A stretch of DNA of 64,000 nt from Actinomycetota bacterium (GTDB taxonomy: Bacteria; Actinomycetota; AC-67): NCBI GenBank assembly GCA_036398095.1, contig DASWHR010000010.1, positions 2,555-66,554 on the forward strand. Reading direction: 5' to 3'. The notes under the pieces were generated by a model. It saw only the letters and a list, made by a program, of their open reading frames with translations, had not been told where the DNA came from and ran no database searches. A program made the position numbers and the translations under genes. Positions 26,423 through 37,672 of the stretch are shown here, piece by piece (positions within the stretch are counted from its first letter, which is position 1; each line of letters opens with the position of its first letter).

Positions 26423-28006
26423 CTACTTGGCGAATTCCGTCGAGCGTGTTTCTCGGACGACCGTGATCTTGATCTGTCCCGGGTACTGGAGTTCCTCCTC
26501 GATGCGCTTGGCGATGTCTCGTGCCAGAACCTGACAGGACAGATCGTCGAGCGACTCGGGCTCGACCATGACCCGGACTTCGCGGCCCGCCTGCATAGCG
26601 AACGTCTTTTCTACCCCTGGGTAGGATGTGCAAATCTCCTCCAGCTTCTCCAAACGCTTGACGTAGTTTTCGAGCGTCTCGCGTCGCGCACCGGGGCGTC
26701 CGCCGGAGATCTGGTCGGCCGTCTGGGACAGCACCGCCTCAATTGTTCGTTGCTCGACCTCGCCGTGATGCGACTCGATCGCGTGAACGACCTCGTCGGG
26801 CTCTTTCAACCGGCGCGCAAGTTCGGCGCCGATGAGCGCGTGGGATCCTTCCACCTCGTGGGTGACGGCCTTGCCGATGTCGTGCATCAGGCCGCATCGC
26901 TTCACCATCTGCACTTGGTCGGGCGTCAACCCCAGCTCGGCCCCCATCATGCCGGCGAGATGCGCCGTCTCGATGAGATGCTTGAGCACGTTCTGGCCGT
27001 AGGACGTTCGATATTGCAGCCGCCCCAGAACTCGGATCAGCTCTGGGTGCATATCGGTGATTCCCACGTCGAGAACGGCGGCTTCACCGGCTTTGCGGAT
27101 CTGCTCTTCGACGTCGCCGGACGCGCGCTCGTAGACCTCTTCGATCCGTGCGGGATGGATCCGTCCGTCGGCGACGAGCTTTTCGAGGGTGATCCGTCCG
27201 ACCTCGCGGCGAACCGGATCGAAGCACGAGAGCAGGACGGCCTCGGGCGTGTCGTCGATGATGATGTTCACGCCGGTGACCGATTCGAACGCCCGAATGT
27301 TGCGGCCTTCGCGGCCGATGATCCGTCCCTTCATGTCGTCGCTGGGAAGAGACAACACGGCGACAGTCGACTCGGCGGTCTGTTCGCTGGCGAGGCGCTG
27401 AATCGCGAGGGTGATGATGCGGCGGGCACGGACTTCGGCCTCTTCCCGGGCGCGCGTCTCGAGCTCACGGACGGTGGCCATCGCCTCGCGCTTCGCGTCG
27501 TCTTCGATCCGCTTCATCAAGACGGCTTTTGCTTCGGCGGACGTCATCGCGGCGACTCGTTCGTATTGGTGGTCGAGATCGCCGGCACGAGCGGCGATGT
27601 CCTGGGAACGGCGATCGAGTGCTTCACGCTCTTGCCGGAGCGACTCCTCGCGCTGCTCGAGCAGACGACCCCGGTCGGCGAGCGAGATGGCCTGCCGATC
27701 CAAGTCTTCCTCGCGGGCCTGCAGGTGCTGCTCACGCTGCTCGAATCTGCTTTCGCGTCGCTCCAGGTCGGTTCGGCGGCTCTTGATGTCGGCTTCTGCA
27801 TCCTCGCGAAGGCGGAGCACCTCGTCCTTACCGACGACGAGGGCTTCGCGACGGGCGCGCTCGACCTCCTTGTCGGCGTCGGCGAGCAGGTCGCGGGCCT
27901 TTGCCTCGGCGGTCGACACCATGGCAAGACCGGCTCGGTGACGGATGAAGTACCCGATGCCGCCTCCGACGATGAGCCCAATCAGGACTCCGATCGCGAG
28001 AGACAT
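26423..28006 (-). CDS. rny: Ribonuclease Y (N-terminal TM helix, KH and HD domains)
   Basis: Start at M45 (MSLAIGVLIGLIVGGGIGYF TM anchor); coiled coil; KH (GRIIGREGRNIRAFE); HD (HSxEV...HDIGK). Confidence 0.9.
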   Translation of the reverse strand: MSLAIGVLIGLIVGGGIGYFIRHRAGLAMVSTAEAKARDLLADADKEVERARREALVVGKDEVLRLREDAEADIKSRRTDLERRESRFEQREQHLQAREEDLDRQAISLADRGRLLEQREESLRQEREALDRRSQDIAARAGDLDHQYERVAAMTSAEAKAVLMKRIEDDAKREAMATVRELETRAREEAEVRARRIITLAIQRLASEQTAESTVAVLSLPSDDMKGRIIGREGRNIRAFESVTGVNIIIDDTPEAVLLSCFDPVRREVGRITLEKLVADGRIHPARIEEVYERASGDVEEQIRKAGEAAVLDVGITDMHPELIRVLGRLQYRTSYGQNVLKHLIETAHLAGMMGAELGLTPDQVQMVKRCGLMHDIGKAVTHEVEGSHALIGAELARRLKEPDEVVHAIESHHGEVEQRTIEAVLSQTADQISGGRPGARRETLENYVKRLEKLEEICTSYPGVEKTFAMQAGREVRVMVEPESLDDLSCQVLARDIAKRIEEELQYPGQIKITVVRETRSTEFAK

Positions 28007-28370
28007 GGCAGTTCCTCTCTTCACAACGACCGGACGTTCGAGCCCGGCCGGTTCATGGTCGGTGGGATCGGTGCGGCATCCCGCCGAAATGCACGGCGTG
28101 CTCGATCGGAGTGCGGTTCCCCGCCGGGATAGCGACACTGCGAACCCGTCTGGGCTCGCGACGAAGCGGACGCTGCGTTTTCGCAGGTCCTAGGGAGTTT
28201 CGGCCCTCGTCATCGTCGTTGTTCGCGCCGCCTGTCCGGATCGTTTGAAGGAATTGGTTAGTTTTCGGGTTTCCGCATTCACAACCGAGCAATTCCGATC
28301 CTAGCACCGCGAGGTTTTCCCACTCAAGGGACCCCGCTCAAGAATAGGAACACGCCGCGGAAGATGCGTC

Positions 28371-28958
28371 CTAAATGTCGGTCTCGGCGACATCCTTCGA
28401 CAGTTCCGAAGCGAGCCGGAAGACGATCTCGGCGGGATAGCCCCGTCGGGCCAGCGCGCCGGCAAGTCGGCGGTAGCGCACGTCGGGGGGGTGGGAGGCG
28501 AGGCTCCGGGCGCGCTTGGCGGCAAAGACGCGGGCGCGGGCTTCCTCATCTTCGGGGGAAACCGTCGCTGCCTGGGCCGCGACGTCGGGCGCGATCCCCT
28601 TCGTTCGCAGGCGCATCCGGATCGCCGCCGACCCGTAGCCCCGCCGCTCGGCGGCCTCGGCCGCGAACGCCTCGGCGAAGCGCGTGTCGCTGAGCAAGTT
28701 CTTGGACCGGAACTCTTCGACGACGACGGCGATGGTCTCGGCGTCGTGTCCCCGCTTGCGGAGCGCCTGGCGAACCTCGGCCTCGGAGCGCTCCCGGGTC
28801 GTAAGCATCCGCAGCACGATCTCGCTCGCCGCGCGGCGCCGTTGCTCGGGCGTCGAGTCGGCTTCGGCCGGCCAGGTGCCGCCGCGCGTGCCACTCCGCC
28901 GGCGGGAGGAAGAGGACGGGGAGGCGGGTGCCTCCCCGTCGCCCGGCTTTTCGCTCAT
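28371..28958 (-). CDS. recX: RecA regulator RecX
   Basis: Start at M188 of the track ORF (GGGGAAGG RBS); the upstream 187 aa are an R/G-rich artefact; EIVLRMLTTRERSEAEVRQALRKRG repeats typical of RecX; 35 bp downstream of recA. Confidence 0.8.
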   Translation of the reverse strand: MSEKPGDGEAPASPSSSSRRRSGTRGGTWPAEADSTPEQRRRAASEIVLRMLTTRERSEAEVRQALRKRGHDAETIAVVVEEFRSKNLLSDTRFAEAFAAEAAERRGYGSAAIRMRLRTKGIAPDVAAQAATVSPEDEEARARVFAAKRARSLASHPPDVRYRRLAGALARRGYPAEIVFRLASELSKDVAETDI

Positions 28959-28993
28959 GCCGCCTTCCCCAGGTGCGCGAGCGGTGGGCCGGA

Positions 28994-30073
<1,080 letters not shown>

Positions 30074-30166
30074 CTGGCTCTCTCCTTTTCCCTGTCTTCG
30101 AACGGAACTGATGCTAGACCGGGCCGCCGACATAATCACAGGCGTGTGGTTCGGTGGGAACTCTAG

Positions 30167-30182
30167 GCGAACACCTGTTCGG
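30167..30182. promoter_or_regulatory. LexA box gCGAACacctGTTCGg upstream of recA
   Basis: Perfect GAAC-N4-GTTC palindrome about 95 bp upstream of the recA ATG. Confidence 0.65.
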
Positions 30183-30258
30183 AGTCAACGACGCCGGGAC
30201 CTACGCTACTGCCCCGTTGAGACATGGTCCCGTCCGGGAAGATCGAGCGAAACGGCGC

Positions 30259-30798
30259 TCACCCCAGGAAGGGCGCGAACGCGATCCGCTCGTAGCGGGG
30301 CGCGGGCCGGCCGAGGTGCGAGCGGAAGATCGACAGGCCATCGGCCGAGAATGGAACCGGCCCGACCGAGACCGCGCCGAAGTCGATCCGGCCGGGAGCC
30401 GGAAGCCGTGCCAGGGTCACGTGTGGTCTGAACGGCCGGGCCTCGGATTCGAAGCCGAGCGGCTCGAGCACTCGGGAGACGGCAGCGGCGATCCCGGTCA
30501 TGGCCGCGACGTCGCCGCCGAGTCCAGCCCACAGCACGCGCGCGCGACGCGCCGACGGAAAGGCGCCGAGCCCTTCCAGGCGCAGCGAAACCGGCGCCCA
30601 CGGCGCAGCCGCCGCCGTGACCGCATCGACGACCGCGTCCGCTGCGGATGTTTCACCCAAGAACGCGACCGTGGCGTGGAGATTCTCGGCCGGTACCCAG
30701 CGCGGGCCGATACCAGTGCCGAGACGGGGGGCGATTCGCGGCGTGAGCGCCTCGATCGCGCGCGCCGCAGCGGCGCGCACCTCGTCGGGCAGCGCCAC
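30259..30798 (-). CDS. thpR: RNA 2',3'-cyclic phosphodiesterase (2H family, ThpR/LigT)
   Basis: Two H-x-T/S-x motifs (LHATVAF, PHVTLAR); the family N-terminus RLFVAVALP is encoded but has no canonical start codon after the cinA stop; nearest start is GTG at 30798. Confidence 0.65.
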   Translation of the reverse strand: MALPDEVRAAAARAIEALTPRIAPRLGTGIGPRWVPAENLHATVAFLGETSAADAVVDAVTAAAAPWAPVSLRLEGLGAFPSARRARVLWAGLGGDVAAMTGIAAAVSRVLEPLGFESEARPFRPHVTLARLPAPGRIDFGAVSVGPVPFSADGLSIFRSHLGRPAPRYERIAFAPFLG

Positions 30799-30815
30799 CG
30801 CGACGAATAACCGCG

Positions 30816-32066
30816 TTACGAGACCTCCTCGGTCAGAAAGAGGCGGAGCAGGTTGAGGGCCGCCGCGGCGGCGGCGCCGCGAACGGCGGCCCGGTCGCCG
30901 GCGAATCGCACGGTGCGCGCGGCGCTTCGGCCGAAGCCGTCGACGGCGATCCACACGACCCCCGGTTCGGCGCCTCCGTGCACGTCGGGGCCGGCGGCGC
31001 CGGTCAATCCCACGCCGACATCGGCACCGAATCGCTCGCGCGCGCCGCGGGCCATCGCGCGCGCCACCACCTCCGAGACCGCGCCTTCGCGCCGGATCGC
31101 GGATGCGTCGACGCCGAGCAGCGACGACTTCGCGGCGGCCGAGTATGCCACGACGCCTCCCACGTAATACTCCGACGATCCGGCAACGCGCGTGATCCGC
31201 TCCGACACGCCGCCGCCGGTCGCCGACTCGGCCACCGCGACGCTCGCGCCCCGCCGGCGGAGCAGTGCGCCGACGACGACCTCAAGGGTCTCGTCTCCCC
31301 CGCCGACGACCGCGGCTCCCATCGCTTCACGGACGCGCCGCTCGACCGGATCCAGCAGCGCATCCGCGCCGGCGGCGTCGCCGGCCTTGGCCGTCAACCG
31401 CACCCGCACTTCCCCCCCGCCGGCGAGATAGGCCATCTTGACCGGACCGTCCTCCAGCGAACGCCACAGCGGTGCGAGCGTCTCTGCGATCGCGGACTCG
31501 GCTACGCCGGAGACGCGCACGACGCGCGCGTGCGTCACCGCCGTGGCACCCGCCCGGCGCGCCAGGTCCGGCAGCACCGCGCGCGCCATCATCTCGCGCA
31601 TCTCGGCGGGGACGCCGGGGACCGCATAGATCACGCCGCCGTCGTGTTCGACGATCAATCCCGGTGCCGTGCCGATGCGCGTCTCGATCGGCGTCGCGTG
31701 CGCGGGGCGGTCGGCTTGCCGCACATTGATCTCGGCCATGGGACGACCGATGCGTTCGAAAATGGCGCGCAGGCGCGCTTCCGATACCGGATCTCGGACG
31801 AGCCGTTGCCCGGTCGCACGCGCGATCGCCTCGCGCGTGACGTCGTCGTGCGTCGGGCCGAGCCCGCCGGTCACCACGATCGCCTCGGCGCGACCGAGCG
31901 CGTCGACGATGGCACGTGCGATCCGCTCTTCGTTGTCGCCGACGGCGGTGTGAATGTGGCAGTCGACGCCGATTCCGGCAAGCATCGCTCCGATCTCTTG
32001 CGCGTTCGTGTTCGCGATGTCTCCGAGCAGCAACTCGGTTCCGACGGCGACGACCTCGGCCCGCAT
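30816..32066 (-). CDS. cinA: CinA (competence/damage-inducible protein; MoCF-binding plus nicotinamide-nucleotide amidase domains)
   Basis: MRAEVVAVGTELLLGDI...VTGGLGPTHDD... and a C-terminal CinA domain. Confidence 0.9.
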   Translation of the reverse strand: MRAEVVAVGTELLLGDIANTNAQEIGAMLAGIGVDCHIHTAVGDNEERIARAIVDALGRAEAIVVTGGLGPTHDDVTREAIARATGQRLVRDPVSEARLRAIFERIGRPMAEINVRQADRPAHATPIETRIGTAPGLIVEHDGGVIYAVPGVPAEMREMMARAVLPDLARRAGATAVTHARVVRVSGVAESAIAETLAPLWRSLEDGPVKMAYLAGGGEVRVRLTAKAGDAAGADALLDPVERRVREAMGAAVVGGGDETLEVVVGALLRRRGASVAVAESATGGGVSERITRVAGSSEYYVGGVVAYSAAAKSSLLGVDASAIRREGAVSEVVARAMARGARERFGADVGVGLTGAAGPDVHGGAEPGVVWIAVDGFGRSAARTVRFAGDRAAVRGAAAAAALNLLRLFLTEEVS

Positions 32067-32070
32067 CGTG

Positions 32071-32619
32071 CTAGTGCAGGATCGAGGGTGCGCGGCGGAA
32101 GTAGGCCCAGCCGGTGACGAGGGTGAGCGCGACGGCGATGCCGAGCATCGACGCGCGGGAGACCCGCCACGCGTCCGCGGACGCGGGAACCATGAAGGCG
32201 GCGACGGCGATCAACTGGAGCACCGTCTTCCATTTCGCGAGCCGGCCGGCGGGGAAGCCACGCCCGCGACGCGACGCGACGATGCGCAGCGCGGTGACGC
32301 TCATTTCGCGCACCAGGATCACGATGGCGGCCCATGCGGGGAATCGTTTCAGGTACACCAGCGCCGCCATCGACGCAGTAACCAAGAGTTTGTCCACGAG
32401 CGGATCGAGAAATTGCCCGGTGGCGGAGACCGCCTCCCAGCGCCGCGCGAGCGCGCCGTCAACTCGGTCGGTCAACGCCGCAAGCGTGAAGACGATGAAC
32501 GCGACCCAGTCGGCGCCGTCGGTTCGGCGAAGCATCAACAGCACGACCGGAACGACCAACAGGCCGCGAAGCGCCGTGACCACGTTGGGCAGGTGGGCCG
32601 ATCGAAGCCGCGGTCGCAC
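32071..32619 (-). CDS. pgsA: CDP-diacylglycerol--glycerol-3-phosphate 3-phosphatidyltransferase
   Basis: CDP-alcohol phosphatidyltransferase motif D..AR.......G...D...DK; multiple TM helices. Confidence 0.85.
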   Translation of the reverse strand: MRPRLRSAHLPNVVTALRGLLVVPVVLLMLRRTDGADWVAFIVFTLAALTDRVDGALARRWEAVSATGQFLDPLVDKLLVTASMAALVYLKRFPAWAAIVILVREMSVTALRIVASRRGRGFPAGRLAKWKTVLQLIAVAAFMVPASADAWRVSRASMLGIAVALTLVTGWAYFRRAPSILH

Positions 32620-32642
32620 GCCCGGAGGTCTCGTTGAAGCCG

Positions 32643-33413
32643 CTACTCGAGCGGGTGGCGGCCACCGACGATGCCGTGACGGCCGACGAAGGCCTCGAAG
32701 CGTCCGGCGGGCGCGGCGAGCGGCCGGTCGTTCGCCCAGATCGACACGGCCGACGCGTCCACGACGATGACGTGGATGAGACGGTCGCCGCCGAACAATT
32801 GCGACGCGCCGGGGGACAGGATCTGGTCGAAGACGATCTTGCCGTCCACGATCACGCGCACGCCTGTCGCGGCCTTAGCGGCGATCCGAACGGCGACGGC
32901 ATCCTCCGCTTGGCTGAGCGGCTTGACCGCTCGCGACGCTTGCTGCACGCGCGCCGACGGCCGAGAGGCCGGGGTTGCGTCCCCGCCGGGCCCTTTCAGC
33001 ACGCCCAGCACGCTGCCGGCGATCAGCAGGATCGAGGCGACGACCGCCGCTCGTAGCCAGCGCGATCGAGGCCCGTGCTTTCGAGCGGCGCGATCCTTCT
33101 CGTCGAGCGCGGTCAGCGGCGACTGGTCGTCGGGCTCGTGCAGGCTGCGATACGCGCGAAGGATCTCGCCCGAATCCAGGCCGAGCGTGCGCGCGTAGGA
33201 TCGGAGGTGGGTCCGGATGTGGCCGTGGTGGCCGAGCTCGTCGAACGCGTCTGCTTCCAGAGCGCGGAGAAGCTCGGGGCGGATCCGCAGGCGCCAGGCG
33301 AGTTCTTCGATCGACAGATTCCGCTCGGTGCGTGCCCGGGACAGACGTGCGCCGACTCCGGATTCGATGGCTCCGGATTCGCGGTCGACCGGCACACTCA
33401 CCTCCCGAGACAT
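32643..33413 (-). CDS. XRE-type helix-turn-helix membrane protein, RodZ-like (C-terminal DUF4115-like domain)
   Basis: Start at M261 of the track ORF; ARLSRARTERNLSIEELAWRLRIRPELLRALE HTH; TM helix LRAAVVASILLIAGSVLGVL; the upstream 260 aa are an artefact overlapping the metzincin gene. Confidence 0.6.
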   Translation of the reverse strand: MSREVSVPVDRESGAIESGVGARLSRARTERNLSIEELAWRLRIRPELLRALEADAFDELGHHGHIRTHLRSYARTLGLDSGEILRAYRSLHEPDDQSPLTALDEKDRAARKHGPRSRWLRAAVVASILLIAGSVLGVLKGPGGDATPASRPSARVQQASRAVKPLSQAEDAVAVRIAAKAATGVRVIVDGKIVFDQILSPGASQLFGGDRLIHVIVVDASAVSIWANDRPLAAPAGRFEAFVGRHGIVGGRHPLE

Positions 33414-33559
33414 CGTCGCGGCGGATCGGCCCGCCGGCTGTGGCCCTGCGCCGGGGCTCGGGCCGCGCGAATCATACTGTCCGGACCCGCTCGGTTCAAA
33501 GTGGAGTGGTCCGCTGGCCCACCGGGGAGGGAAACGGTCGAAAACCGCCTTGAGCAGTG

Positions 33560-34285
33560 CTAGCAAGCCCCAGGCTGCCGGTAGTCGGCCGGGGAGATGG
33601 CCGCAGTGCCGCCGCCGGGGCCGCGGCCGGCAGCGCGCATGAACACGCGCTCCAGCGTCAACAGGTTCAAGTTCGACGGGCAGTGAACCGGCGTGCTTTG
33701 CAGCCCGTCGGGATGCTGGTAGATCGTCTGCATCAGGTCGCCGCCGGGCACCGGCAGGTCCAGGTGCGCCAAACCCAGGCAGTGGCCGACTTCGTGCGCG
33801 GCCAGGTTGGTGACATCGTTCGGCGTGAAGGACGCGTGGGCGGCCTTCGCGACCGACGCCACGCACGGTTGTCCGCGTCCCCACGAGGTGCCAAGGATCG
33901 GTCCGCTCGTCTCGTGGAATGCGAGAAGGATCTCGGGGTCGCTCGCCACCTGCTGCGGGATCGCATCTCGCCCCGCGACGTAGATATCGATGCGAAGCGA
34001 TTGCGCGAGCCATGGCACGCCCGTTGCGCGCACGGCCGCCTGCCACAGGCCGGCTCCGCGCTCGGCCGCCGCCGCATAGGAGTTCGCGAGCGGATGCAAG
34101 TCGGCGGTCCCGGCCGGCAGCAGTCCGGCGTCGTTGTAGATCTGACCGTGGCCGGGCGGAAGGATGATCACGTCGATCGCGAGCCGGTCCCATTCGAACA
34201 GGGCCGCTTCACGATACGCCTCGGTCGCGCCGGCGATGCTCGCACACGTGATCGCAACGGCGGCGAGTATTCCGATCGGACGCAT
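33560..34285 (-). CDS. Secreted metzincin-type zinc metalloprotease
   Basis: Signal peptide MRPIGILAAVAITCASIAGA; AHEVGHCLGLAH (HExxHxxGxxH) zinc-binding motif. Confidence 0.65.
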   Translation of the reverse strand: MRPIGILAAVAITCASIAGATEAYREAALFEWDRLAIDVIILPPGHGQIYNDAGLLPAGTADLHPLANSYAAAAERGAGLWQAAVRATGVPWLAQSLRIDIYVAGRDAIPQQVASDPEILLAFHETSGPILGTSWGRGQPCVASVAKAAHASFTPNDVTNLAAHEVGHCLGLAHLDLPVPGGDLMQTIYQHPDGLQSTPVHCPSNLNLLTLERVFMRAAGRGPGGGTAAISPADYRQPGAC

Positions 34286-34373
34286 GCCCGAATCGTTCGC
34301 TGCGTGTCCGCGCGCTCCCTTTCGGCCGAAGGTTCGCTGCTGCCGCTTCGCCCGTGTGCGCCGCGATTGTCCG

Positions 34374-36689
34374 TCAGCCGCCGGCGGCGGCGGTCGCGCC
34401 GCTGCGCATCTCGTCGAGTTCTTCGATCGAGATCAATACCTCGCGCGGCTTGGAGCCGACCGACGGGCCGACGACCCCGCGCTCTTCGAGCAAGTCCATG
34501 ATGCGACCGGCACGGGCGAAACCGACCTTGAGCTTGCGCTGAAGCATGCTGGTCGAGCCCAGACCGCTTCGCACGACCAGCGTCATCGCCTGCGTGAGCA
34601 AGTCGTCGTCGTCGCCCTCGCCGTCCGGCGACGTGTGGCCGGTGGTGACCGACACGACGCCGTCGGCGTAGTCGGGATCCGACTCGCGCCGGCAGTGCGT
34701 GGTGACGGCCTCGACTTCCGGATCCGACACGAAGGCGCCCTGCACGCGCAGCGGCTTGGACATCGCAGCCGGAAGGAAGAGCATGTCGCCGAATCCGATG
34801 AGCTTGTCGGCGCCGACCTGATCCAAGATGACGCGGCTATCGGCCTGCGACGATGTCGCGAACGCGATCCGGCTGGGGATGTTGGCTTTGATCAACCCGG
34901 TGACGACATCGACGCTCGGCCGCTGTGTGGCGACCAATAGATGGATGCCGACGGCACGGGCCATCTGCGCGATGCGGCAGATCGAGTCCTCCACGTCGCG
35001 CGGGGCGACCATCATCAGGTCGGCGAGCTCGTCGATGACGACCAGGATGTAGGGCATCGTCTGAGTGACCGGCAGGCCCATCTTCTTGACGCGTCCTTCG
35101 CGCACGGCTTGGTTGTAGCCGTCGATCTGCCGGTGTCCGCTCGCGGCCAGATCGTCGTAGCGGTTCTCCATCTCCTTGACGACCCACGTCAAGGCTTCCG
35201 CGGCACGCTTCGGATGCGTGATGACCGGCGACAGCAGATGAGGCATGCCGTTGTAGTGGGTCAGCTCGACGCGCTTTGGATCCACCAGGATCATGCGCAG
35301 GTCTTCCGGCCTGGCCCGCATGAGGATCGATACAAGCATCGTGTTGATGCACGTGGACTTGCCCGATCCGGTCGCGCCGGCGATCAGCAGATGCGGCATC
35401 TGCGCGAGGTTGACCATGATCGGCTCGCCGGAGATGTCCTTGCCGAGACCGACGAGCAGCGGATGCGGATCGGTCTTGGGCCTGGCGCTGATGAGCAGCT
35501 CGCGCAGCGCGACGAGTTCGCGCTCGACGTTCGGAACTTCGATGCCGATCGCGCTGCGACCGGGGATCGGAGCGATGATGCGCACGTCCGGTGTCGCAAG
35601 CGCGTATGCGATGTCGTTGGCGAGCGAAACGACACGGCTCACTTTGACTCCCTCGCCCAACTCGACCTCGAAGCGCGTAACGGTCGGACCGCGCGTGTGG
35701 CGGGCGACGGAGGCATCCACGTCGAACTGGCGAAGCGTTTGCTCGATCGCGCGGACGGTGTCGTTGACCGACTTTCCGGCCGGAGTCGCGACGGCCGACT
35801 TGCGGAGCAAGTCCATCGCCGGCAGCCGGTAGTCGCCGGCGCGTCGCGGGGTTACCGCCGGCCCGCCGTCGTCTTGCTCGTCATCGTCGGGGAGCAGGAT
35901 CTGCACGATCGGCTCGGTGGGAAGCGGGGGTGCGGCCGCGACGATCGGCGCCGGCTCGTCTTCTTCGTCGCCGGGTTCGGGTTCAGGTTCGGGTTCGTCC
36001 TCGAGCGATCCGGCGGAATCTCGCGCCCTTCGGGGCTTGGCGTCGCCGCGACGCTCGCCCAAGGCGGCGGCCCGTTCGCGGACGCGGCCGGCGATGCGGG
36101 CGCGGACCGCGGCGATCGTCTCGCCGAGTCGGCGTACCGGCGTCCGGGTCAGGACGAGCACGCCGAGCCCGAGCAGCGCCAGCAACGTGATCGCGGCGCC
36201 GGGCGGCGCGACCAGACGGCGAAGCGGCCCGGCGACGATCGCGCCGACCAGACCGCCGGCGTCACGAAGCGTCTCTGCGCCGGCGGTCACGTCCGGTGTT
36301 CCCTGGGCGAGATGCCACAGCCCAAGTGCGCCGAGCGCGACGAGAGTCAGGCCGACGACGACACGCGGACGATCCGGTCCGGGCCGGGTCGTGAAGAACG
36401 CGTAGGCCAAGTAGCCGAGAACGACCGGCGTGAGGTAGCCGCCGCGTCCGAACAAACCTCGGGCGGCGAGTTCCAAGAATCCGCCGACGGGGCCGGCCTT
36501 GTGCAACCACACGCCGAGGGCGCAGAGCACTGCGAGCACGGTCAAGCCGATGCCGTACGCGTCGGACAGATGCGGACCGAAAGCACGCGAGAGCGCTTCG
36601 GAGGCCGCTTTCGCGCGCGCACCGACGCCGCCGGTCTTGGACCGGGTCCTGCCCCCAGGCGATCGCCCCCGCTTCTTTGTGGCCACCAA
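34374..36689 (-). CDS. ftsK: DNA translocase FtsK/SpoIIIE
   Basis: N-terminal TM helices, Pro/Glu-rich linker, AAA motor (GATGSGKS), gamma domain. Confidence 0.9.
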   Translation of the reverse strand: MVATKKRGRSPGGRTRSKTGGVGARAKAASEALSRAFGPHLSDAYGIGLTVLAVLCALGVWLHKAGPVGGFLELAARGLFGRGGYLTPVVLGYLAYAFFTTRPGPDRPRVVVGLTLVALGALGLWHLAQGTPDVTAGAETLRDAGGLVGAIVAGPLRRLVAPPGAAITLLALLGLGVLVLTRTPVRRLGETIAAVRARIAGRVRERAAALGERRGDAKPRRARDSAGSLEDEPEPEPEPGDEEDEPAPIVAAAPPLPTEPIVQILLPDDDEQDDGGPAVTPRRAGDYRLPAMDLLRKSAVATPAGKSVNDTVRAIEQTLRQFDVDASVARHTRGPTVTRFEVELGEGVKVSRVVSLANDIAYALATPDVRIIAPIPGRSAIGIEVPNVERELVALRELLISARPKTDPHPLLVGLGKDISGEPIMVNLAQMPHLLIAGATGSGKSTCINTMLVSILMRARPEDLRMILVDPKRVELTHYNGMPHLLSPVITHPKRAAEALTWVVKEMENRYDDLAASGHRQIDGYNQAVREGRVKKMGLPVTQTMPYILVVIDELADLMMVAPRDVEDSICRIAQMARAVGIHLLVATQRPSVDVVTGLIKANIPSRIAFATSSQADSRVILDQVGADKLIGFGDMLFLPAAMSKPLRVQGAFVSDPEVEAVTTHCRRESDPDYADGVVSVTTGHTSPDGEGDDDDLLTQAMTLVVRSGLGSTSMLQRKLKVGFARAGRIMDLLEERGVVGPSVGSKPREVLISIEELDEMRSGATAAAGG

Positions 36690-36781
36690 AGCCTCCCGGC
36701 TTCGTCGATGACTCGGGTGAGCGGAGTTCGATCATTCGATTCCGGCCGCGAGCAGCCGTCGATCACCGGCCTTGCCGGTTC

Positions 36782-37672
36782 CTACAGTATGCCGAGTTTT
36801 TCCAGCGCAGCGCGTATCGTCGTCTTCTCGGCGTCGGTCGCCTCGATCAGCGGCAAGCGGAGCGGCCCGCCGGGCAGACCGAGCATGGCGAGCGCCGCCT
36901 TGAGCGGGATGGGACTGCTTGTGCAGAACAGCGCCTCGATCAGTGGCGTGATATCGCGGTTGATCTGTGCGGCGACGTCGATTTGCCCCTTGTCGTGGGC
37001 CGCGATCATCTCGCCGATGCGGTCCCCGACCAGATGCCCGGCGACGCTGATCACGCCGGTCGCGCCGACCGCCAGCATCGGCAGCGTCATCGCGTCATCG
37101 CCCGACCAGATCGTCCAGGCGGGCAGGGCGGCGATCAGGCGAGCCGTTCCGGAGGGATCGCCGGCCGCGTCCTTCACGCCGATGATCGTGGGCACGTCGG
37201 CCAGCTTCAGAAACGTGTCGTGCTCGATCTTTCGAGCGGTGCGGCCGGGGATGTCGTAGAGGATGACCGGCAGGTCCGTCGCGGCGGCGATCGCGCGGAA
37301 ATGCGCTTCGAGGCCCGATTGCGGCGGCCGCGAGTAGTAGGGCGTCACGATCAGCAACCCGTCAACGCCACAGCCGGCGGCAAGTTTGGACAGCTCGATC
37401 GACTCGGCCGTTGAGTAGGTTCCGGTCCCGGCGATGACGGCGGCCCGTCCGCGCACGGCGGGAACGACGGCAGCGAACAATTCCTTTTTCTCGGGTTCGG
37501 TCAGGGTGGGCGATTCGCCGGTCGTGCCGGAAAGCACGATTCCGTCCGAGCCGTGGTCGGCGAGATGCGAGGCAAGCACGACGGCACCGTCGAGGTCGAG
37601 CGAGCCGTCGGCGCCGAACGGCGTCGCCATGGCCGTGATCATTCGTCCCAGAGACACCCTTCCCACAGACAT
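36782..37672 (-). CDS. dapA: 4-hydroxy-tetrahydrodipicolinate synthase
   Basis: TPFG...GTTGE...Y...K active-site pattern; start set at the ATG 7 nt after GGAGGG (M3 of track ORF). Confidence 0.9.
   Translation of the reverse strand: MSVGRVSLGRMITAMATPFGADGSLDLDGAVVLASHLADHGSDGIVLSGTTGESPTLTEPEKKELFAAVVPAVRGRAAVIAGTGTYSTAESIELSKLAAGCGVDGLLIVTPYYSRPPQSGLEAHFRAIAAATDLPVILYDIPGRTARKIEHDTFLKLADVPTIIGVKDAAGDPSGTARLIAALPAWTIWSGDDAMTLPMLAVGATGVISVAGHLVGDRIGEMIAAHDKGQIDVAAQINRDITPLIEALFCTSSPIPLKAALAMLGLPGGPLRLPLIEATDAEKTTIRAALEKLGIL

Noticed and set aside
34305-34319. Palindrome cctttcggccgaagg between the metzincin gene and ftsK
   Set aside because: It is a loopless 10-bp palindrome that cannot form a stable hairpin, with no U-tract. 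Not called as a terminator.
34941-37259. 772-aa plus-strand ORF opposite ftsK/dapA, and similar long ORFs at 14329..16092, 25892..28132, 28928..30166, 44635..46266, 50811..53009, 53217..55541
   Set aside because: Each lies antisense to (or frame-shifted against) a gene with a strong family match, and shows typical high-GC shadow composition.
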